NCBI GenBank assembly: GCA_964188305.1
Contig: OZ076886.1
Strand: one strand, 5' to 3'
From: Podarcis bocagei
Taxonomy: Eukaryota
Length of the DNA stretch: 64,000 bases
Positions 52,321-63,787 of this stretch are shown piece by piece. Positions within the stretch are counted from its first letter, which is position 1; each line of letters opens with the position of its first letter. The notes under the pieces are model-generated. The model was given only the letters and a program-made list of their open reading frames with translations. It searched no databases and was not told the DNA's origin. Both the position numbers and the translations under genes were made by a program.

Positions 52321-52904
52321 GTGGGTAAATGAAGGACTACAAACAAATGTTTCTATGTTAAGAATTTCCTAGAAACTAAAAACGTCCACTTCTGTAACAT
52401 GCTAGCACAACAAAATATAATGCACTGTTATTGGTATGTATCTGTATGTCACATCTTTACACTCCTGAGTGTTCCATGAACTTTACAGAATAAAGTTCAG
52501 GAGATGGCCCTCCTGAAATAGGTCCACCATGTGGTTTCACTGGCTTTGAAACCCCTGCTGTATCTGAAACTATAGCACCTACTAAGCCTCACCCACATTA
52601 ACACAAGCTTCTATCTTGTTTTGCTTTCCTCTGTCTTTTCAGAGGCAGGGATCAGCAGCTGGTGCAGGAACAATGCTCTTTCTCATTGTTTTCAGTGTTA
52701 GGCACTGTTCCATGCTTGCATCTGAACGGCATGCTTGGAGCTAGCCTCAGGGAAGCCCATCTTTGTGAAAGCTCCATTTCCAACTCTAGCATACAAAGCC
52801 TTGCACCATAAGCATACAAATCACTGCCTGCTCCAATGCCAGGAGGCTGCTGCTGCTGCTCCCCCCATACACCACTGCTGTGAAGACTCCAACTGGTGTT
52901 TGCC

Positions 52905-52970
52905 TGTAGAATTGTAGAGTTGGAAGGCACCCCGGGGCCATCTAGTCCAACCCCCTGCAATGCAGGAATC
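52905..52970 (-). mobile_element. CR1-type 3' fragment
   Basis: tagaattgtagagttggaagg...catctagtccaaccccctgcaatgcaggaatc. Confidence 0.7.
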
Positions 52971-53034
52971 TTAACACACGATCCCTCATCCAGTTTGAAA
53001 CGATACTGTGCCCTGCTTAGCTTGGCAAACGTGC

Positions 53035-53218
53035 TAGCGCCCTCCCTGTGGAACACCCTCCCACCAGATGTCAAAGAGAACAACAACTACCAGACTTTTA
53101 GAAGACATCTGAAGGCAGCCCTGTTTAGGGAAGCTTTTAATGTTTGATGTATCATAGTATTTTAATATTCTTTTGGAAGCCGCCCAGAGTGGCTGGGGAA
53201 ACCCAGCCAGATGGGCGG

Positions 53219-53281
<63 letters not shown>

Positions 53282-53303
53282 TATTATTATTATTATTATT
53301 ATT
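53035..53303 (+). mobile_element. L2 3' fragment with (TAA)20(TTA)7 tail
   Basis: APSLWNTLPPDVKENNNYQTFRRHLKAALFREAFNV, terminal hairpin, microsatellite tail. Confidence 0.85.
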
Positions 53304-53629
53304 TACTGCCACACAACTTGATGCAAGATAATTCAAATATGCACTTTTACAAAACTCGTAATTTTGAATTCCAAATGGTATAATAATAGAAGCACTTGTT
53401 TACAAAACAATGGAAGTGTTGTTTTCAAACTCGTGTTTAATTTTGATGCAAGTGAGTAAGTAGAATTTCCCCCCCATCCACGTCATTTTAACTATACTTG
53501 TAATTTATGGAGATCAATTATATCAGACTGCATTCAAACATAGGATGTGCAATTGTAGTTGCCAGCTGATGTCATCTTCCATTTCCGTGTTTTTCTTTAA
53601 ATTTGTCTTGTTGTTTCTTCTGTCTACAG

Positions 53630-53786
53630 GAATACAAACCCAAGGCTTGGAGACATCGTCCAAAAACTTGCTCCATTTCTGAAGATGTATGGAGAATATG
53701 TAAAGAATTTTGACAGAGCAATGGACATGGTGAACACATGGATGCAGAGATCTGTTCCTTTTAAAGCTGTTATTCAAAACATACAG
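53630..53786 (+). CDS. FGD3: FGD3 DH exon
   Basis: tctacag|g ... cag|gtataa; [52 protein letters not shown], phase 2-0; not in ORF track. Confidence 0.95.
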
Positions 53787-54053
53787 GTATAAATCATTTG
53801 TCTTCTCATAGTCCATGCCTTGTTGACATTACACATGCGAGGGAGTGAAACCAGAAAAAGTTCCATTCCACAAACTTATGGTATTATATTCAGGATAGGT
53901 CTGCCTGTGTAGCTCTGTAGCCAAGAAAACCTTTTAGGGAAGGCAGGGTTGATTTCAGTGACATGTGATTGTGCCAGCAAGATCTCTGGCCAGCTCATTG
54001 GTTTTACACAGAGACTATTGTAATAAATATAAACCATTAAATGGGCATATGAA

Positions 54054-54055
<2 letters not shown>

Positions 54056-54103
<48 letters not shown>
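54056..54103. repeat. (TTA)n microsatellite
   Basis: Direct reading. Confidence 0.9.
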
Positions 54104-54107
<4 letters not shown>

Positions 54108-55299
54108 TGAATTGAAGCCAGGCTGCAAAGGAAAATAACTTGCTTGAAGAAGCCACTTTTTATGGCTTGACTTAGTGTTATGCCTGAACCTGAGACCATG
54201 GTTTATTTCTTCTAGACAAGCCGTGAACAGTAAGACCTTGGTTTCAGGTCATGGTTTGTCCAGAGCAAAATAAACCATGATCCTGGATTCAGAAATAATG
54301 CTAAGCTAAGCCTGAGGCTACAGTAGGAGAAACAAAGCTGCTGCAGCCTTCTAACTGGGAACTGTCAACATTTGCTGGCTTGCATTAATCCATAGTTTAA
54401 GATAAACCTGTTTTTCTCTTCATGCATAGTCATTATATTGATCAGTGTATTCCATCTTAATTAACTTGCAGACTTTGAGTTGAATCCAATGTTAGTTTTA
54501 CTTAGAGCAGACTAGTTTAAATTAATGGACATGTGTAACTTAGGCCCATTAATTTCAATGGGCAGGATTTGTCTATTGAGTCCCAGTCAGCAGCAGAAGC
54601 CCCGTGCAAGGATTTCTTCCTGCACAGTGAGTCTCCTTCCCTCTCCTCCCCCTGGATGCCCCCCTACACCTCCCTAAAGTGACTGGTGGTGGTGGTAGGG
54701 TGGTCATGAGAACTCCCAGAACAGTGCTTGGTGGGGGCAGGGGAGACAGGGGATTGTTCTGCCCAGTAAGGTGAAATGCTTGCACTGGTGGAATGATCAG
54801 AAGAGCTTGATGTTGTCTTCCTTCCATTGGGTCTATTCTGTATACAACACTTCGTACTTGTTTGTTTTGTGATGAATATACCACTGAGAAATAATGAAAT
54901 AAATAATACTGTTACAGGAAAGGAACATGAATTGGGTAGTAGATGTGGGGATGGACTTCTGTACTGGACTGAGCCTAGGTTGAAACCAAGGTCTCAGTAA
55001 GAGATGCCTTTGGGCCTGGATCCAGCATGACATAGTAACTAAATGTCCTTTCCTCTCCTTCCCCTTTTTATTATGATGATAATTTGTACATCTGAAAGCA
55101 GTTCTATGGAACACTTTGCTTGATTCTGTATTTACCTTGCCATGACCGCCAGCATCTTTATGATAATTTAAAAAAACTGACTAATTAAGCATATGAACAT
55201 CTTTCTACAGTCCTACATCATTAAATGGTTTAAGTACATGGATATGGCAAAAGAAGAAAAAATTGTTCAGAAAATCAGCCTGCTTTCCTTTAATTACAG

Positions 55300-55438
55300 A
55301 AAGAAGAAATATGTGGAAACTTGACATTACAGCATCACATGCTGGAACCTGTACAGAGAATTCCACGCTATGAGCTTCTCCTAAAGGATTACCTTAAAAA
55401 ACTTCCTGAAGAGTCACTAGACCGAAAAGATGCTGAAA
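55300..55438 (+). CDS. FGD3: FGD3 DH exon
   Basis: ttacag|aaa ... gaaa|gtatgt; [46 protein letters not shown], phase 0-1. Confidence 0.96.
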
Positions 55439-57340
55439 GTATGTACAGTTTTCATCCACATGGTTTGGCATCTTATTCTGTGTGGGGGCATAAATATGTA
55501 TCATGTTATAGCTTTTCAAAATTAAACCTTTTCCTCTTTTGTCAAAAATCTGACAACAACACTCTTTGATGACAACAATCTGATAACAACACTCTTTTTA
55601 TTGTGGACCTGTTAAACCAAACTTGTCATTTCTTTTTTACTTAGTGCACAGCACCTGATACATACCTTTTGCATGATAATGATAGTTCCAATCAACTTAT
55701 TCTCTGGTAGTGAAGCTTCTGACACCAGTTGGCTGAAGTGTCATGATGGCGCATAACGTTTCCTGACATTTCAACTTTTTGCCAGCCAACTTTTTTGAGA
55801 GAGAAATTGAAATTTCTGATTGGGTAGGGTTTCAACTTTACACATGGACAGAAATAGATTTGAGAGGAGACTCAGTATAAGGAAGATATCATTGGAAATG
55901 GGTAAAGTAAGAGGCAGGAACTCAAGAGGCAATGGAGCTGGGAGAACAATGGGCATGGGAGTGAGAACGGAATCTGAGACAAGGAGAAAGACAGTGGGTC
56001 ACAATGGTTGCTAGGTTTAGATCCTTAAAGTAATTGATTGGTAGTAATCATCTAGTTCAGGAATGGGCAAATTGTGCCCTCCAGATGTTGTTGCACTCCA
56101 AATCCCATCAACCCAAGACTGTGTGACCATTTTTGTGTTTTTATATTGTAAACTGTCTTGTGATCCTCAGATGAAGGTATATAAAATTTAATAACAATAA
56201 CAATAACAATTACATAAATATGGAGTGCATAGGTTCCCCATCTGCTGATCTATATCTTTTAATGCCATAATACATTATTCTTTATATTACATGTAAAGAA
56301 CGTATCTTTGGCCATTTTCTCCCTAGGTGCTATGAGTTGGATGTAGAATTCTTCCTGTTCAAAAGTATCCAGGCCAGTTCTTGCAATCCTCCCACCCACA
56401 TATATAGACTCAGCATGCGCTGGGACAGAGAAGCAAGCCTTCCTCCTATAGCTTGCCATACGCTCAGTCTTGCTTGATCTGCTTTGTATGCTTAACTGGC
56501 TGAAAGTCTAATGTGATATCAGTTCCCCTGCAGGTTTCCTTCCACAAAGAAAAGTACAGACAAAAGGGGGCTTGCAGTTCCTTATGTCGATTCTGGGCAA
56601 CTGAAGAGAAGCATTTGCTAAAGACAGCTTCCTTCTATATAATGAATATGTGCCTTGGAAGCACACAACCAGAAAAGGCACAAATTATGTTCCAGATGTG
56701 AAACACCTTCAGAGAGGTGTTTGAGGCTGGGCTTGAACATTAAGAACCTACATTAACACCAACCATAAATTGGGGAAAAGAAATTCCTCTTCCTGCACAG
56801 GAAGTTGTAGAAATAGGGCTGTGCCTAAGCAAAATAACTGTTCATATATTGCTGCTTTCCTCTCTTGGTAATTTACTGGGTAATTTACTGTTGCCCACTG
56901 TATACGGGGACTCTCGACTCACCCAGTAGTTACATTCTGGGTATCACACAAAACCAAAATCGCATATAGTCAAAACACATTGGGTTCAATGGCAGGTAGG
57001 ATTGCCAAAGTCATTTTTCCTGGAACACCCACCCTCCTTCCCCTTTTTATTTATTTTTTTAATTCTTTTGCCAAGCATGTAAATCTGAATGCACACAAGT
57101 TGCAAGTTATCTGTGCTACTTATTTCAGTTTTTAAAAATGTGTCCTATGTTAATACTCTTGCATACACGCTTGACCCTCACAAGCACAGGGATATGATGC
57201 AATGGATTTTTCCTTACAAACCTGTCATTTATGTGCAGCCGCATTTTTGCAGAAATGCTGTACACATCAGGGAAATAAAAAACTGCACTATTAACTGATA
57301 ATGATCTGGAGAATGTGTAACTGCTGTTGCTTTATTGCAG

Positions 57341-57399
57341 AATCACTGGAGCTCATTTCTACTGCAGCAAACCATTCAAACGCAGCCATCCGAAAGATG
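57341..57399 (+). CDS. FGD3: FGD3 exon, end of DH domain
   Basis: tattgcag|aa ... atg|gtgagt; (K)SLELISTAANHSNAAIRKM, phase 1-0. Confidence 0.95.
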
Positions 57400-58349
57400 G
57401 TGAGTAGAAATTGTGTAACTGAATCATCACCTGAGCCATTAACTGAGCTTCCTATTTGAACCAGTGGTTTTCTCATTACTCCATGAAGACTTAATGTTGG
57501 TTTTTCATACTTATTCAAACTTTCTAGATCAAACTGAAGTATACATTAGTGACTTTCTATAGTTATTATCTATTATTTATGTATATGAGGTCTGTCCCCC
57601 CCAGCATTTTCTCTCTTGTGACTGATACTAATTTATGTAGCCATTTTCAAAAACTCATCTTTTGTTGTAGTTTGTTTACTGTGTATTCTAAAAATGTTCA
57701 TAAGTTTTAGCATACTTAAAATATTCAGCCGTTGTTCTTACAAATGAAACAGGCCAATTAGGGGGTTTGACCCTATATATGGCAGAGAACAGGTCCATAT
57801 ATTTACCTTTTTTACCCATATATGAATATGAACATATATGAGATAGGTGTTGTGTGAAATTGCAATTGCCTGTGACCCTAATACCATTTTGGGGGCAGGA
57901 GGTATTCTCGTCATTAGGCAAATGAATGCATGGCTCACAATGAGCTTATTTATAGTGTGGCAAGTGGACATGTTCCTAAGGTTCATTCCCGCTCTGCCAA
58001 GTGAAAAATAAGCCAAACCTAGATTAAAGACCATGCTTTTGTCATTAAGAAGACATATATAAAGACAATTGTTTATAAGTGAAAATCTTATAGGAAATGT
58101 AACAATGATGTAATAAGCAGCAGAGCATATGCTTTGCCTACAGAAGTTTCTGGTTTTAATACCTGCAGAGCTTCTCTAAGTGCTAGTGTTCATGTGGTTG
58201 AGCAGATGACATCTCAGTTAGTCAAACTCTGAAAGGCAGGCTTAGTCTGGTTTCCAAAATGGCAATGTATGCAGTAACTGCAATAAGAACATTTACAAAG
58301 ATTAGCAATACTTATTTGTAATCGTGTTGAAACACTGAAAATCCATAAA

Positions 58350-58353
<4 letters not shown>

Positions 58354-58425
<72 letters not shown>
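58354..58425. repeat. (TG)n(CG)n(CA)n alternating purine-pyrimidine tract
   Basis: Direct reading; self-complementary over 58358-58417. Confidence 0.95.
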
Positions 58426-58981
58426 ATACTGAGACAATTTCTATAAGATCCAAGCTTTGTGTATGTGTTTATTTAATAAAATCACCCTGCCTTCTCTTGA
58501 AAACATTTTAAAGAAAATGCAAGGTTTGTTTTAGATGTGACATATTTACTTGTCTAATTTTACCTCCTAGCAACACTTCTGTTTTTGTAAGAAATAATTA
58601 TAGGCAATGTTTTAAATGAAGCCACTTGTTTCTCACTCTGGGCGTTCTTTACAGGAAGTAGTTGTGGCTTCTTCTCTTTCTCAGATTCACAAGTTAGAGG
58701 TGTTTTCATCTTCCTTATTGAGACACCATTATTCTTGCACAGGAGCAGGGAAACATTTGCGTTCAAAGGCTCTCTTATCGTGCCAGTGCTCTGAGTGCCA
58801 AGTGGATGGGATCAAAGCCTGGCAATAATAAAGAAATCATGCAGCTTGCAACACACACATATAGCAAGGCATGGGGAACAGTTTGTAAGGAAGCTGAAGT
58901 GTGTGTAGTGTGTAGTTTTCATCCTATCAATGTTTAATTGTTTTTTAATTATTGTTTTTAGTGGTTTTTAATGTACTTGAA

Positions 58982-59137
58982 GGGACGCGGGTGGCGGCTT
59001 AGTCATGCTAGCCAGAGGACCCGGAAGCTGTCTGCGGACAAATGCCGGCTCCCTCAGCCAATAAAGCGAGATGAGCGCCGCAACCCCAGAGTCGGTCACG
59101 ACTGGACCTAATGGTCAGGGGTCCCTTTACCTTTACC
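58982..59137 (+). mobile_element. Internally deleted Sauria SINE
   Basis: Head gggacgcgggtggcg joined to gcttagtcatgc; 13-bp TSD tttaatgtacttg (58967-58979, 59138-59150). Confidence 0.88.
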
Positions 59138-59220
59138 TTTAATGTACTTGTAAGCTACCTTCAACTATGTCAGGGAAAATGGGGTGGGGGATTAACAACA
59201 ACAGCAACAACAACAACATA

Positions 59221-59444
59221 CAGTGGTACCTCAGGTTACATACGCTTCAGGTTACATACGCTTCAGGTTACACACTCCGCTAACCCAGAAATAGTGCTTC
59301 AGGTTAAGAACTTTGCTTCAGGATAAGGCGGCGCGGCAGCAGCAGGAGGCCCCATTAGCTAAAGTGGTGCTTCAGGTTAAGAACAGTTTCAGGTTAAGAA
59401 CGGACCTCCGGAACAAATTAAGTACTTAACCTGAGGTACCACTG
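59221..59444 (+). mobile_element. Mariner-type MITE family A
   Basis: TA-cagtggtacctcaggtta ... taacctgaggtaccactg-TA. Confidence 0.88.
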
Positions 59445-60095
59445 TACTAGTTGTACTCAGAATAGATCTGTTGAAATCAATAAACATTACCACCTCACGT
59501 CCTTCAATGCCAATGGGTCTACCCTGAGAAGAATTTGGTTGTCAGGAAGAAATTAATGGCTGCACTGGAAATTGGTGTACAGACCTTTGTGACACAAAGA
59601 AGGCAGCCCCTGCTTGCTAAAATTCATATGTGGGCACCAGATCCCCATGAAAGTGTCTTTCCCTAGCTTCCAGCTCTTATTACTGCTGTTGTGAGGGCTA
59701 GAATTTTATCTTCTTTATGATCTTGGGAATCAATTTCCTGACTACTTTGACAGAAGAGCTATTTGGGATTCTGTGGCAATGCAATGAAGTACCAAGAGAT
59801 GATTAAAATAGAGAGGATTAAATGCTTTATGTTGCTAGAGTGCATTCTGTTTTCATGGTTGCTTTTTTAAGGCTGTGAAAAACCATGGACTTGCACTGTT
59901 TATTTCTTCTTTCATGTATTTTTTTTGTTGGTTCATTTTTTTGTTTTTTAATACAAATATTTAGTAATTCTTTAGTAGGTAGCATTTCCCCTGTTAATTA
60001 ATTGAATTGTTTTTTTCTTCTGGTGTGTGTATCGTAAAGCAATAGACAAAGACTAGCTGTTAGCTGAGTTGGCATTTCCTTTTTTGTGCTTGTAG

Positions 60096-60242
60096 GAAAA
60101 GATGCACAGGCTGTTAGAAGTGTATGAGCGCCTTGGAGGAGAAGAGGATATTGTTAATCCAGCCAACGAATTGATTAAAGAAGGGCATATTCAGAAACTG
60201 TCAGCAAAGAATGGCACCGCTCAGGATAGGTATCTATTTCTG
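60096..60242 (+). CDS. FGD3: FGD3 exon, DH-PH linker and start of PH1
   Basis: ttgtag|gaa ... ctg|gtgagt; [49 protein letters not shown], phase 0-0. Confidence 0.96.
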
Positions 60243-61177
60243 GTGAGTTACTTCATTTCTCAGGAGTAAAGTGTTCACCTACTTTGTAGACACAAAGTCT
60301 CCTTTGATCTGATTGGTCAGGTCTTGCTGGTGGAGTCTGCTCTGTATTGCACATGTATTTTCCTTTCACAAAAGCAGGTTCTGTTCTGTTTTAAAGAATA
60401 TGTTCTTTCTGTCGCCATACCAGTATTTGATGATGCTTTGGTTTTTGTGTAATTGGCACTTTTCTTTTATTAGTTTATCCCAAAGTATTATGCTGCTGAA
60501 TATTAAATAGTCCACAGACATTAACCTGACAAACCCATTGCCACCAGACTTAAGTATAATCTTTTAAATTATCATTAACAATCACAGGCTCCTGTGGACA
60601 TCGTCAACCATTTTGTGCAAAAAACGGGAACAGCACTTTGGAAATCTGAGGTCAGGCCCGGCCAGCCATTAGATGTTGATCTTCTGACATGGCTCTCTGA
60701 ATATAATATCCACACATAGTTTCTCTCTGTGTGAGTCCACATGTGACATAGAAGGCCTTTCTTATTTTTATACTTCTGCAGAGAATACTACTGAAATATC
60801 TGCTGGAAAACACTCTGGCATCTTCCCAGCATGTTGTGGGTTGGTTTTGTACAGCTATATTGTACATCGCAGGTATAGGGCAGGATTCACCTGACTCCTG
60901 TTGTCACAAGCCCTGCATGAGGACGTCTGCTTGTAGAAGGGGTATTTCCCCTCCCCGGAAATTGGCTCTGGGGTGGGTGAGTAGGAGAACAACCAATATA
61001 GTGTGTCTGGAGAAGAGGGCGGTAGGGGGTGTCATTCTGTCTGGCAGTGGCATTGAATTTCAATCATAGTTATTGACAGGCAGTTTCCCCCCCTCTGTAA
61101 CCAGGCCTTTGGCATTTAACTATATCTGTGGCCTTTTGTACATGGCCAGGATGTTTTAAAGGTGTTTCTTTTTCCTT

Positions 61178-63787
61178 TTGCTTTTAATCCGGGAAGATTG
61201 TCCTTTCAGGGCTCTACCATCGCCATCGATCCCCGGCATCGAATGTGTTGGCCTAGTGTGGGGCTCCGAGGAGAGCTTGGCTGTCTGGCTGGTGTACTGG
61301 CCACCTAGCGCACCAGCAGCCACCCTGTCAGGCCTATTGGAGGCGGTGGCCGGCTGGGCCTTGGAGTTCCCTAACCTATTGGTATTGGGGGACTTCAACA
61401 TCCATGCTGATGCCACTCCCTCCTCACAGGCTCTGGACCTGGTGTCTTCCATGGCGACACTAGGGCTCTCCCAGTTTGTTTCGGGCCCCACACATCAAGC
61501 AGGCCACACGCTGGATTTGATCTTTGGCGTCGGTATAGATGTGATCATGTCTCCTTCGATTAAGGTGCCATGGTCTGATCACTACGCTCTGAAAGCCAGG
61601 ATTGACTTTTCACCCCCACCCTGCTTAGGTGGCGAGCCAATTTGGGCTCGCCCGCAGAGGCTGATGGACCCTGAGAGATTCCGCCAAGCCTTGCGGGACC
61701 TTGCTCCCCCTGGCGACTCATTGACTGAGCTTGTTGAGGGCTGGAATGCCCAGCTCCTGGCAGCCATCGATGAGATCGCACCTAAGCGCCCTCTGCGACC
61801 CCGCAGAAACCGGGCTCCCTGGTTTACCGAGGAGCTCCGGAAAATGAAGCGGGACCTCAGACGGCTAGAGCGAGTATGGCGGGGTGCCCGTGACGGAGCC
61901 TCAAGAACATCTTATAGGGCTTTTATGAAAACCTACGAGATGGCGGTGAAGGCTGCTAAGAAGTCATACTTCTCGGCCTCCATTGCATCCGCTAGCTCTC
62001 GCCCAGCGCAATTATTTAGTATAATCAGGTCTTTAACGTCCCTTGAGGGACAGCCAAATTTAAATAACAAATTGACACACGGCTGTGAGGCATTTGCGAG
62101 CTTTTTTGCGGAGAAGGTCTTGTCGCTCCGCCATGACCTCCCTGCCAATTTGGATACAATAAAGGAACTGGAGGCCCCTCGACTGTCCTCGGGTCCAGTA
62201 TTGGACCACTTCGACCAGATATCCCCAGCCGATGTGGACAGACTCCTCCGAGCTGGAAAGCCCACCACCTGTCCTCTCGACCCGTGCCCGTCTTGGCTGA
62301 TTAGAGCGTGTCCAGACGAGGTGCGGGCCCTCCTGGGGGATATCATCAATTTGTCCCTTGGCACGGGGACATTCCCAGGGGAACTGAAGGAGGCAGTGGT
62401 GCGCCCGCTCTTAAAGAAAACATCATTAGATCCTTTAGATCTATCCAATTACCGCCCGGTTTCGAATCTTCCGTTCCTGGGTAAGGTGATTGAGAGAGCG
62501 GTTGCTGAACAGCTTGGTGGGTTTCTGGATGAAACATCGGCTCTGGATCCATTCCAGTCCGGCTTCCGCGCTGGTCATGGGACCGAGACGGCTCTGGTCG
62601 CCCTAACAGATGACCTTCGTAGACAGCTGGATCGAGGCGGGTCGGGGCTGCTGATTCTTCTAGATCTATCAGCAGCTTTCGACATGGTCGATCACGAACT
62701 TCTGGACCACCGCCTTGCCGACGTGGGGATCCAGGGCACAGTCCTTCAATGGCTGCGCTCGTTTCTCTCTGGTCGGGGACAGAGGGTGGCGCTTGGGGGG
62801 GAATTGTCATCGCGCCACTCCTTGGTGTGTGGAGTACCTCAGGGTGCAATTCTCTCCCCGATGCTTTTTAACATCTTTATGCGCCCCCTCGCCCAGCTTG
62901 TTCGGAGTTTTGGGCTGGGTTGTCATCAGTATGCCGATGACACCCAACTCTATCTGTTGATGGATGGCCATCCTGACTCGGCCCCAGACACACTGACCAG
63001 ATGTTTGGAAGCTGTGGCTGGATGGTTACGTGGGAGCCGGTTGAAGCTAAATCCTTCGAAGACAGAGGTCCTGTGGCTGGGACGGGGCGATATGGGATTG
63101 GGGGGGCAACTCCCATCTCTTGCAGGGGCGCAATTAGTGCCAGCACCGTCCGTTAAGAGTTTGGGTGTAATCTTCGACACCTCCCTTTCCATGGAGGCGC
63201 AGATTGCAGCTATAACAAAGGCGGCATTTTTCCATCTCCGCCAAGCTAAGCAGTTGGCTCCTTACCTCTCTCGCCCTGACCTAGCCACTGTGATCCATGC
63301 GACGGTCACCTCCAGACTGGATTATTGTAACTCGCTCTACGTGGGGCTGCCCTTGAGACTGACCCAGAAACTCCAGCGGGTGCAGAATGCTGCAGCGAGA
63401 CTCCTTACAAGGTCTTCGCTGCGAGATCACATTCACCCGGTGCTATACCAGCTGCACTGGCTCCCGGTGGAGTACAGGATCAGGTTTAAGGTGCTGGTTT
63501 TAACCTTTAAAGCCCTATATGGCCTAGGACCCTCGTACCTACGGGACCGCCTCTCCTGGTATGCCTCACAGAGAAACCTACGGTCTTCAAATAAAAACAT
63601 CTTGAAGGTCCCAGGCCTCAGAGAGGTTAGGCTGGCCTCAACTAGAGCCAGGGCTTTTTCGGCTGTGGCTCCGATCTGGTGGAACGCTCTGTCACAAGAG
63701 ACCAGGGCCTTGCGGGACTTGACATCTTTCCGCAGGGCCTGCAAGACAGAGCTGTTCCACCAGGCCTTTGGCCAGGGCACAGCCTGA
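61178..63787 (+). CDS. L2 ORF2 remnant (partial APE endonuclease + reverse transcriptase), 869 codons without stop, no native start
   Basis: GDFN, GHTLDL, WSDH (APE); NYRPVSNLPF, FQSGFR, LDLSAAFD, GVPQG, YADD (RT); SRLDYCN and LHWLP (L2 C-terminus). Confidence 0.9.
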   Translation: MLLIREDCPFRALPSPSIPGIECVGLVWGSEESLAVWLVYWPPSAPAATLSGLLEAVAGWALEFPNLLVLGDFNIHADATPSSQALDLVSSMATLGLSQFVSGPTHQAGHTLDLIFGVGIDVIMSPSIKVPWSDHYALKARIDFSPPPCLGGEPIWARPQRLMDPERFRQALRDLAPPGDSLTELVEGWNAQLLAAIDEIAPKRPLRPRRNRAPWFTEELRKMKRDLRRLERVWRGARDGASRTSYRAFMKTYEMAVKAAKKSYFSASIASASSRPAQLFSIIRSLTSLEGQPNLNNKLTHGCEAFASFFAEKVLSLRHDLPANLDTIKELEAPRLSSGPVLDHFDQISPADVDRLLRAGKPTTCPLDPCPSWLIRACPDEVRALLGDIINLSLGTGTFPGELKEAVVRPLLKKTSLDPLDLSNYRPVSNLPFLGKVIERAVAEQLGGFLDETSALDPFQSGFRAGHGTETALVALTDDLRRQLDRGGSGLLILLDLSAAFDMVDHELLDHRLADVGIQGTVLQWLRSFLSGRGQRVALGGELSSRHSLVCGVPQGAILSPMLFNIFMRPLAQLVRSFGLGCHQYADDTQLYLLMDGHPDSAPDTLTRCLEAVAGWLRGSRLKLNPSKTEVLWLGRGDMGLGGQLPSLAGAQLVPAPSVKSLGVIFDTSLSMEAQIAAITKAAFFHLRQAKQLAPYLSRPDLATVIHATVTSRLDYCNSLYVGLPLRLTQKLQRVQNAAARLLTRSSLRDHIHPVLYQLHWLPVEYRIRFKVLVLTFKALYGLGPSYLRDRLSWYASQRNLRSSNKNILKVPGLREVRLASTRARAFSAVAPIWWNALSQETRALRDLTSFRRACKTELFHQAFGQGTA

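Noticed and set aside
52896-53383. ORFs with poly-N / poly-Y runs and a CR1-L2 chimeric ORF
   Set aside because: Translations of (TAA)/(TTA) microsatellites and adjacent repeat fragments
35825-60242. Calling the gene FGD1 because of the proline-rich exons
   Set aside because: DH/PH sequence ([32 protein letters not shown]) and DSGIDSPS match FGD3
61160-61212. Pyrimidine tract and AGs at the L2 5' junction suggesting an FGD3-RT fusion protein
   Set aside because: AGs at 61195-61196 and 61208-61209 enter the L2 ORF in phases 1 and 2, but the upstream exon ends in phase 0, so there is no in-frame fusion
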